Assembly: GCF_006345805.1 (NCBI RefSeq)
Contig: NC_043006.1
Location: 85,746,001 to 85,810,000 of the forward strand
Source: Octopus sinensis
Taxonomy: Eukaryota
Reading direction: 5' to 3'
Length of the DNA stretch: 64,000 bases
Shown: in pieces, positions 54,063-64,000 of the stretch
How positions within the stretch are numbered: position 1 is the first letter of the stretch
Layout: each line of letters opens with the position of its first letter
Notes under the pieces: model-generated
What the model saw: the letters and a program-made list of their open reading frames with translations, nothing else
What the model was told of the DNA's origin: nothing
The model's database searches: none
Translations under genes and position numbers: made by a program

Positions 54063-54625
54063 TTCAGATGTGATATGCAAGAGAGATGACTGCACTGGTA
54101 TGGTCATGTGTTGCATATGGATGGGGGACAGCTGTGTGAAGAAGAGTCACACCCTAACAGTGGAGGGAATCTGTGGAAGAGGTAAACCCAGGAAGACATG
54201 AGATGAGATGGTGAAGTATGACCTACGAACGTAGGGCCTCAGTGTCACTGACAACTGACCAAGACCTTTGAAGATATGCTGCACTGGAGAAGACCCGGCA
54301 AGCCAAGTGAGATTGTAGTCGTGTCCAATGCCAGTGTCACATAACTGGCCCATTTAAAAGCACTCTTCAATCACCCTTCAATATGCCGTACTTGTGAAGA
54401 TCTATTGAACTGAGTGAAATCATAGTCATGGCCAATGCCAGTGTCACCTGACTGGCTCCCATGCCAGTAGCATGTAAAAATCATGCCCTACACTCTTGAA
54501 GTGGTTGGCATTAGGAAGCGCATTCAGCTGTAGAAACCTTGCCAAATCAGATTGGAGCCTGGTGCAGACTCCAGGCTTGTTAGTCCTTAGTCAGCATGGA
54601 AAGCGGACGTTAAACGACAATGACA
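54063..54625 (+). mobile_element. RTE LINE 3' fragment
   Basis: LHWYGHVLHM...VEGICGRGKPRKT, then a 3'UTR ending AGCGGACGTTAAACGAC. Confidence 0.8.
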
Positions 54626-55395
54626 TATCACACTGAAATGTAACTGATATATATCATCATGAACATCATTGTGTTAGCATTTACTTTTCAGAATTTTGTG
54701 TTTTAGTCAGATACCTTTCTTATTGCCACTCTACTTGTTTTAAGAGAGGTAATAATCTCCCAGTTTATCAAACAGCAAACAGCTCAGGTATGTTTAATGC
54801 AGAGAACTGGAAACAAACAACACCGGGTGCCTGAGCCTTTTTACAACAATTGTTCTATACACACACACGTGAGTTGTATGAAGAGAGTTCACTACATAAC
54901 CACAGTTTCAAGTTCTATCTCACTGTGACACCTTGGGCAAGGACTTTCTATGGGATGGTAACTTTAAATGCAAGGAATGCAGCAATGAATTTGGCATTCA
55001 AGTAGGGGTCACTGAGCTCCCTTTTGTTCATTTTCCTTCAGCTAATTGAGAATAGGTTCATTGTTAAATAGTGGTAGAAAATGCAATCAACTAAAAATGT
55101 TCAGTTAATCAAACATACAAACATGACAGCTAAACAGTAATTACAGCAGCACCTCCAAGAGTCAATGCTACAAAGTGGTAATACAGCATCAGTTATCACT
55201 ATGCAGAACAGTCACAGCCAAACGGAATGAAAGCAGAGCAGTTCAGTGCTGACATATCCTTAATTACATCTTAACAAAAGAACAACCCTAGAGCAGACAA
55301 CAGTTTCCAACAGCCAGCAGTTTTCAGTCAGAATTTTCTTCAACAAACTATATTAACTTACTTAGCAGCTTAGTAATAAGAACAATTCATATACA

Positions 55396-55610
55396 CAGTA
55401 ATCCCCCGCCATATTGCAGTTCACCTATCATGGTTTATTATTTAAACTTACATTGATTCTTCCATGGTGTTGTTTTGCATTTATAACAAAAATATATACA
55501 AATTATAAAAATAAAAAAGAAATACAGTACTGTTTATACTTCACAGATTTTCACCTATCGCCAGGTGGGGGGAGTCGAATCTAACACCTGCAATAGTCGA
55601 GGGGTTACTG
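55396..55610. mobile_element. pogo/Tigger-like MITE
   Basis: Imperfect TIRs CAGTAATCCCCCGCCATATTGCAG / CTGCAATAGTCGAGGGGTTACTG, followed by TA. Confidence 0.65.
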
Positions 55611-58256
55611 TACGCGTGTACGCACATGTGTGTGTGTATATATATATATACATATATATATATATAAAAACACCCACAAGTCTATGTATGTGTCATTTGT
55701 GCTAACACAACTAGCAAAGGAAAATGCAAGGGAACTTCCAAGTCCTATTCTATTTCTGTGTTAGTTTGACTGAGGTGTCAAGCTTCACATAATAACTTAT
55801 TCAACTGACTGAATAGGCCATTAGGTGAAAACTGAAGTTCCAATCAACACAAATTTTACTATAAATTTGACTACTCTCAGTACCAAGGTACCTCATCAGT
55901 AAATGTTCTGTTGTTAACCTTAAATTATCTTTAAAATAACTGAATTTAACAATTATCCATAAAATATGACAACAGTACTTTCTTATACATCTTTTGCAGA
56001 CCATTAAAAAATGGGAGTAACTGAGATACAGAAAGTATGACAGAATTCATAATAAAAAAAATTAAAAAAAGGTAAAGGTTGAGTAAAAATGGAAGTTGAA
56101 CAATAGAAAGAGGGTGAAAGTGATATGAACATTTAAATACAAAGAGGGAAGTGGGGAAAGGAAGAGTATCCGGACACAACAAAGTTTGTGACATCACTGC
56201 ATCTTTAGTTATTTCATTTCCTCCTCTCAACATTTGTATGAAGTACTCTGAATTGTATTGGTGTATTATTGCACAAGAACAGAAAAAATAAGATTTTCTG
56301 TATGATATGTATGCATGTTATGTGTGCGTATGTGTATACACACACATTTGGAAATATAATTGTTGCGATTATAATCCATAAATAAAATTGAGTATGGTAT
56401 ATACTTTTATTCATTCATTTCTTTTACCAGTAATTGCATTGCAGTCATGCTGGGACACCACCTTAAATGGCATGTAATCTATTTTTTAAGTTTAATACTT
56501 ATTTTATCAATATGTATTTGTTGAACAACACTGGCCTAAAGCAACTCAAACACTCACTTATGAACACAAATACAGTAGAAGACTATGCCCACTATGCAAT
56601 GAGACCAAATAAAGAACCAGTTACAAGTGAACTCTAAACCACATGGTCAGGAATTAAACTTCTTGACTACACAGCCATGTCTGGCTTTACACACACATAC
56701 TTTATTCAAATGACACTGAACTTGAAATCCTTTTGTGTTCTCTCTTGCAAGATTTTGCAAGAGAACCACACACACACAATTACAAAACTGTATACCATTG
56801 TTCATTTCACATTTTTGGGATAATTTTCTTGATATCAAAACTGATGCCTTTTATAAGGGACAATTTCTGCTTGTCACAACATAATTTATAGTAAATAATG
56901 TTTTCATATCCTACTATTACAATAGAATAAAACAATCTACTCTAGTGTACATTTTGTCCTATGGTCAAATTTATGTTTTATATAAGCTTATCAATATCAG
57001 AAGTTGCTTTGCTCTACATACATAAACAAGCTTAACACTGCTTACAGCAAGATGTAAAACAGCATAGCTAGCAGGTTGATGTGGGGAAGTATCATTTAAC
57101 AGCAATGAACTGAACACTATAGACTGCTCAGATGTTGAAATAGAAGTAGTACATAATTTATGTTACTGAAACAAGTACAAGGTGTGTGTAGCTAGTGATA
57201 GGGTTGAAGATGGAAAATGTAAGTACTACCACTTTCAACTTGATACAATATGTGGTGTATGTAAAAATATGGTTAAATGATCTGCAAAAAATAGAGTTAC
57301 TTGAATTAGTGTGCTGGTGGTGGTTTGTATTAGCATAAATCAAAAAGGACTAAGAACAAAAAGATATGCTGGTGTGCTATAGCACTAATATTTCAGACAT
57401 ATATATTTACTATAGAAGAAAAATGTTTTCTAGAAAATGGTGTTGATATCTGATAAGGAATAATGAATTACCAGCCAGAGACAACAATCATGGAAGTTAC
57501 AAAATGCTAACAAAGAGAAAAATATTAGAAAGGAACAAAAAAAGCAAGAGCAGATGCTCAGAGGATAAAGATAGTTTGAAGGTATGATGGAGATTTAAAA
57601 AGAGAAATTAAATAATGTCTATGAAATGCACACCAGTTACCTCACCAGTGAAATGAGAAGTAACGAGGTATGAAAGTAATTTCAGTGATGTGAGAGAGTC
57701 TACTATAATGTCATTGGCATTCAATCAAATGGATAATATATTTGAGATAAGTAATTCAAGCATAACTTTAACTTGATCTACAATAGTTAAGCCTGACATA
57801 ATACATACACTGATGACAACATTAAAATATTCCGGAAAGATGCTGTCATGCAGAGCAGTCTAAATTTGTAGGGGAAAATGGATACTGTTATTTTCTGGCA
57901 TGCATGTTGAATTTTTTAGACAAAATTTACAACCCCAAAAAAAAAAAAATTTGACATTGGAGGACCAAAAATTCCATGTCGAATACAGTAGGATTTGAAA
58001 AGATAGTGATAATGTTTTAATGTTTACACTATACATTATGCAGAGTTGTATGCCAGAAAATATAGTAGGTACAGAACAATGTTTTATGTTACAAGTGCTG
58101 ATCTGTAGATTAACAAGCTATCAGAAAATTTTATGATTGCACCCAAAAAGTAAAAAATGACATATTTCATAAAACCAAAAGTCAAACCTTTATTTCAAAC
58201 CAATCAAACCATACTCTTGTTGGTTTCCTATACACAACAGAGAGAACCAACATTAA

Positions 58257-59334
58257 CCCTTTCGTTACTATATTTCTGACCAAAATACACCCCTTATGTG
58301 TTTCAATTAATTTCTAACATAATCATAAATTTCGTCTGGTTTCATTAAACATCTATAACTTTTTTATTTATCAATATATTAACGTGAATTTTGGAAGATA
58401 ATTTAATGAAATGTTCTCAACCAATTCTATACTATAATTTTTGTCACTAAGTGACTCTAATTGCAGGTAGATACAGGTAAATTTAACAAAATATAAAATT
58501 ATTAAAATTTTGTTCAAACATCGCTATAGAAAATGGGTTATTAGCTAATATTCAATTGGGTATACAACAAAATTTTACGATAGAATTTTTTGTTCTAGGT
58601 AACTTTCTGATACCCATAATAATATTTATGGCAAAATAGTCTTAATTTCATTTAAGGTTATGGGAAACCACAAAGTATCCTTTCTTTCGTTTTGTTTACA
58701 TTTAGCGTAACAGTTCGTTTCCGCCGTAATGATTTCAAATAGGCTCATTCGAAAAAGTAAAAAGAAATAGTCTAAGGCTTTACTCTTCTGGGAAAGTCTG
58801 TGGCTTGGTCCAGTTTCTTCAGAAAAATCACCGAAAGAAACAGTTTTTAAATTTTCACTCCATTCAGGTGCCAATTCATTTTCTTTATCGCTGTTGGAGC
58901 TCTCGGATTCACTGTTTTCACTTTCGGAAAATGAAACATCAGATTCATTATCAAATACCACATGCTTTTTTTTTTTTCACTCATAGAGTTAGATTTATCA
59001 AGGTCTGCAGTAGAAAATCCTTTGAATTCTGACACGCTGCTTGATATAATGAAATTCGTATCCATTTTTTGTCAGAATTACAAATTTTGAAAACACAATA
59101 GGAACAAATTTCGGGAAAAAATCTCCCAAAATTCACGGAATTAAAATTAAACTTCGATTTTTGTACAAAACTGTAGTTGAACTCTTTACGAAGTATAATA
59201 CGTATTTTCACGAATGTACTAAAGAGATTTGCTCTGATATTCTCATTTAAATATGAATAGGTAAATTCGGGCGGCTTTGGGCGGTTTGGTGACATTAACC
59301 AAAATTTTTTTCAGGCGGTTTGGTAACGAAAGGG
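58257..59334 (-). mobile_element. Internally deleted piggyBac transposon
   Basis: TTAA TSDs at 58253-58256 and 59335-59338; TIR CCCTTTCGTTAC. Acidic N-terminus and ...ALDYFFLLF...IITAETNCYA...WFPITLNEIK transposase fragment at 58626-58961. Confidence 0.92.
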
Positions 59335-60673
59335 TTAAAACCAAACTAATCCACAATAAAGTAATTTAATAGTACTTTTCATTAAACTGGTTTTAAAACA
59401 AAAATAACTTATTGCTACATTTCAAATGTCAATTCTTATCAAGAACATTTTTAAAAGTTAACATTTCAAAAATGAAAACAGTTCCTAGCAGAGCCAAAAC
59501 AGCTCTTCAACTCAGATTAAACACAGTTCCTAAGCGGACCAAAAAAGCTAAGTTGCTACTTCTATACTAAAACTTTTCAGTGTAGCAACCAAGTGACCCC
59601 TCGCAAATGAGGATCATATATCCAACAGACAGAACACTTATCTAACAGAGAGATTCCAAACTGTGTATACCTAATGCACTGAACTAATTGATTGACCCTA
59701 CTGAAGCAACCAACTCAATAAATCTTAATAGAAATATAATCAATAAAGAATATAAAAAAAACATGATTACTTAATGGTAAGCTGCAGAACTGACAAGCTG
59801 TTCCTAACTTATAATCCATCACTTTAACAGAAGAGAGTGAAAACAAAATTTAAAAACAAGATTCTGAGCACTAAAGTTCAAAATTTTCTGTCAAATGTTT
59901 TGAGCAAGCTATATTACTGTTTGTCTGCATAACTGAGCTGTTGGTATTTTGAAAGAATGCATCCAGTTGTGAAAACACTAATATTGCACAACTGTACAGA
60001 TTTGCAACAACCATTACATAAGTTAACAGAAAAATGCATACAGGATAGAAGTACTCATGCATACCGGGTTAGACTAAGTCACATGACTATAAGGGCTTGT
60101 TCTTATTTTCAAAAAAGTTTGGGAACAACTGTTCCCAAACTTTTTATTAATTATCACAGTAAGAAATGAGCTGGAGATTTTGTACACTTAAGTCAGTACT
60201 TCATAAATGGTGTCACAGGAGGTACCTAAGTGAGATGTAAAAAGACTTTTAGAAATATAATTAAAGGCCTTAGAAAATTTATATTAATGCTTGAGTGTCT
60301 TGAAAAATGTAGTATTCATAACTACTGCATATTCATTTAGGTGTCTTCACATGAAACATGTACACTAACTTCATGATACCATCTTCTGACAAGTAGTTTG
60401 ACATCTTATATATTTGATGTACTGAGGCAACCATTGTGAGCATCTTAAGTACAGGCATGGCTGTGTGGATAAGAAGCTTGTTTCCCAACGAAGTGATTTT
60501 AGGCCCAGTTCCATTGAGCAACCATTGTGAGTTGATTTAGTAGACAGAAACTGAAAGAAGTGTGCCTGAGCATGGTGAGCAAGACTCCTGTAATGAGTCT
60601 ATGAAACTAAGTTGCATGGGGCCTATATATATAACTTCTACTAAATGTGTTAAGTGCCTCTTTGTCCACCTCT

Positions 60674-60754
<81 letters not shown>

Positions 60755-60757
<3 letters not shown>

Positions 60758-61357
60758 TCATCATCATCATCGTTTAGCGTCCACTTTCCATGCTAGCATG
60801 GGTTGGACGGTTCAACTGGGGTCTGGGAAGCCAGAAGGCTGCACCAGGCCCAGTCTAATCTGGCAATGTTTCTATGGCTGGATGCCCTTCCTAACGCCAA
60901 TCACTCCATGAGTGTAGTGGGTGCTTTTTCCATGCCACCAGCACAGGTGCCAGACGAGTCTGGCAAACGGCCACGATTGGATGGTGCTTTTTATGTGCCA
61001 CCGGCACAGGGGCCAGACGAGGCTGACAACGGCCACGAACGGATGGTGCTTTTTACGTGCCACGAGGCCAGTCGGGGCGGCGCTGGCAACGGCCACGTTC
61101 GGATGGTTCTCTTACGTGCCACCGACACTGGTATCTCAGCTGCAATTTCCATTGATTGATTTCGATTCTGATTCTCACTTGCCTCAACAGGTCTTCACAA
61201 GTAGGGATTTGTGTCCCAAGAAGGGAAGGTATGCATAAATGGACTGGCTACATCCCGTGTAGAAGGCCACGGGTTATGGTCTCACTTGTCCTGCCGGGTC
61301 TTCTCACGCACAGCATACTTCCAGAGGTCTCGGTCTCTAGTCATTTCCTCAGTGAGA

Positions 61358-61360
<3 letters not shown>
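60755..61360 (-). mobile_element. 5'-truncated RTE LINE 3' end inserted in (TA)n
   Basis: Minus strand GLTEEMTRDRDLWKYAVREKTRQDK*, 3'UTR with ~60-bp tandem subrepeats, (GAT)n tail. Long (TA)n runs on both sides. Confidence 0.85.
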
Positions 61361-61417
<57 letters not shown>

Positions 61418-63046
61418 CATCATTTTAACATCCACTTTTCTATGCTCACATGGGTAGGACAGAGCATGATCAGATTTTTACAATCAATCCCCTTCCTGTT
61501 GCCAACCCATACTTGTTTCCAAGCAAGATAAATATTTCCCTACGCCCAGATATGTTCTCACAATAATGGAAATGACAGTGCTCATATGACTGACACTCAT
61601 TGTCAGCTATCATGCAATGTCAAGACGAAACGTGTGTGTGTGTGTTAGTGTCTCCTTGTTTTAATATCATGTGATGGTTGTAAAGGAGTGTCAGTGTCAC
61701 AATCAGTGTCTGTTTTCAAGCTTCCATAAAAAGATACCTGACTATAGGGAAATAGTACCTCACTTGGAAACAAGAATGGCATCTAACCATAAAAAAAACT
61801 ACCTCAATGTATTTCATCAGACCCATGCAAGTATGGAAAAATAGATGTTAAAATGATGATCATCATTATCTATGTGAATTTAGGATTTTTAGCTTAGAAT
61901 ACTTGACTGGCATATTCCAGCACCTAAAGAACCCGATCAAAAGTATGCAAGGTAAATATGAAAATATGCTCAAACCCAACTGATTAACATTTCAAAAGAT
62001 AATTTTAGATAAAAACAGTTAATTGGTAATTCTGGAATGCTTTCATTTAGTAAAGTAAAACATATATATCAAAGAACTGACTCCCAACTTAGCTGAGCAT
62101 TTAACAACTCTAAAACAGGAATTAAGGCTTTGTTTCCCATCACTGATCATGACTGAATTTGAAATGATTTTGTGGAAATTCAAGCTTCATGGTTAGATTG
62201 TTCCAAAGGTCTTCCATCGTGCAGAGCAACCAGTCATGACGTCAACAAGGTATATCAACATCAATGCTGCTTTGTTCAAGTTGTGACAGCATGGAATATA
62301 AACATACCTGCACATCCATATATACAATACATAAACATACACGTATACACACACACACATACATGACAGTTTCAGTATACCATATTCCTTCACATGGCTT
62401 TGGTGAACCCAGAGCATGGTAAGATAAAACCTGAAACCACATGGCTGTGAACACACAGTTATGCCTGTGACTATCCTTACTTTACTATATGTTCTTCACT
62501 AAATTAATCATATATTCAACAAGCACCATAAAAAATATCTTTGGCTCCTTGGGTAAGTGTCTTCTACTATAATCTCAAGCCAACTAAAGCCTGCAGGGGG
62601 GGGGCAGTTGAATCGTAAACAGAATCTTAAATTATGTGTGTGTGGAGTGTACTTTTAAACTCCAAAACTTTCACTAAGTGTAACTGTACATCTCTACAAA
62701 ATTGACAAAGAAATAAGGTGCAGTTATTTGGGCAACACCAAACAAAAATGCTTGCTTCAAGCACAAGCCCTTATTCACATATTAGATTCTATCCTTGCTC
62801 TTTGAAGGTTCAGACAACTATCAGATTATTGTTACATGTGCAAGCAAGCATGCACATGTTAATGCATATACACACACACACATTTGTGTCTACATGTGGT
62901 ATGTAGACATACAGGCGTTTGTGTATGCATTTACTTGTGTATATATGAATACACATAAATGCATATGTAAACATGCATACACACACATCTCTCCATGTGT
63001 GTGTATAAACACATATGTAGGTGAGTACATAAATATCTGAGCTATA

Positions 63047-63800
63047 TCTTATATATTAAAAGGCAAGTTGTCTGTGTGTTGTGTGAACCACTTCTACTCC
63101 AACAATTTCCAATCGAATTTCACCAAATTTGACATGTGCTCTCTTTGACTTAGGACGCTTTTTCTTATAATTTTTTCCTCAAAATTCCACGCCTCCAACA
63201 TAAATAGACTACTCTCAATTCGCCTAGGATTTGGCTTGAACCAGCGAAAAAACATGACACACACCCAGCTGGATAAAAATTAATACTTTGTCAGCTGTGG
63301 TGAGCTCTTATCGACTGCTTGCACAGTACTGCCAGCAGTATTCCTTTGCGAGTTACTTAATTCGGTCAGTTTGATTAAGATTTTTGCCATCTACATTTTA
63401 CTATTTTATGAGTGCTACACATTCACTGCTTTTTCCTTAGGACTTTTTCTATTGCGTAAACTAATAATTTTCCACCATATCTCAATGCAAAAGATCCAAT
63501 ATAGGTTGGCAAACAAATGCTGCAAAGTAAATGTATGTGGGCAAATGAATCTGCCATGGACACTGCCAGGAGGAAATCTCTCAATGCATTTGGAATGGCT
63601 TCAGCGCGAAGAAGGGAAAGTGAAGAGCAGCGTTGTGATCGGTTATCACATATTGATGTGCAACAAGCCGCAACGAGCAACGTTCAGCATGCCGAACAAG
63701 AAATGCTTTCTCTACTGCTGCTACACAAGCTTCAGAGACTGCAGCACAATGCGCAGATCAACTAACAAAAAATGGGACAAGACACAAAACATCCAGACAG
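63047..63800 (+). mobile_element. Helitron 5' fragment with degenerate start of Rep/helicase ORF
   Basis: A|TCTTATATATTAAAAGGCAAGTTGTCTGTGTG start resembles the other Helitrons. KRSNIGWQTNAAK* and ARRRESEEQRCDRL peptides resemble Helitron RepHel N-termini. Confidence 0.55.
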
Positions 63801-64000
63801 ATGATACAAAAAAGGGACAAGAAAAAACAAGGACAAGTCATTTGGAGTTTTCTTTCCTCGGTTGAGTTCCAGATTATCTTTACAATTTCAGCTGGTTATA
63901 CTTGAGATTGCTCCAATTTGGCCAGCCCCAAGGAAAAACTAAGCTAAGAGCACTAGATTCCTTGGAATAAAGCAGCAAATGTATACGAAAACAAGCACGG

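Overview
Eukaryotic, AT-rich and repeat-dense DNA. The SINE/LINE complement and microsatellites look like a coleoid cephalopod, probably Octopus (inference). The only host gene is F-actin capping protein beta (CAPZB) on the minus strand: seven GT-AG coding exons from 44611 down to 21766 (819 nt, 272 residues plus stop). The ATG-only first exon was not found and probably lies beyond the right edge. The rest is transposon debris: an apparently intact RTE-clade LINE ORF running off the left edge, headed by a 13 x 162-bp tandem array; a decayed BovB-like RTE with a ~75-bp target-site duplication; several Helitrons; a maT/mariner element; an internally deleted piggyBac; CR1 3' ends; and tRNA-SINEs. 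The most notable observations are: (i) Penelope-type minimal hammerhead ribozymes inside fold-back elements, including a natural G3:C8 core-swap variant present twice in a ~750-bp inverted repeat in a CAPZB intron; (ii) several long inverted repeats, one of them 264 bp and apparently perfect, which could form dsRNA; (iii) CAPZB codons that A-to-I editing could restore to the conserved residue. No prokaryotic-type systems or CRISPR arrays are present. All alignments were done by eye and repeat boundaries are approximate.
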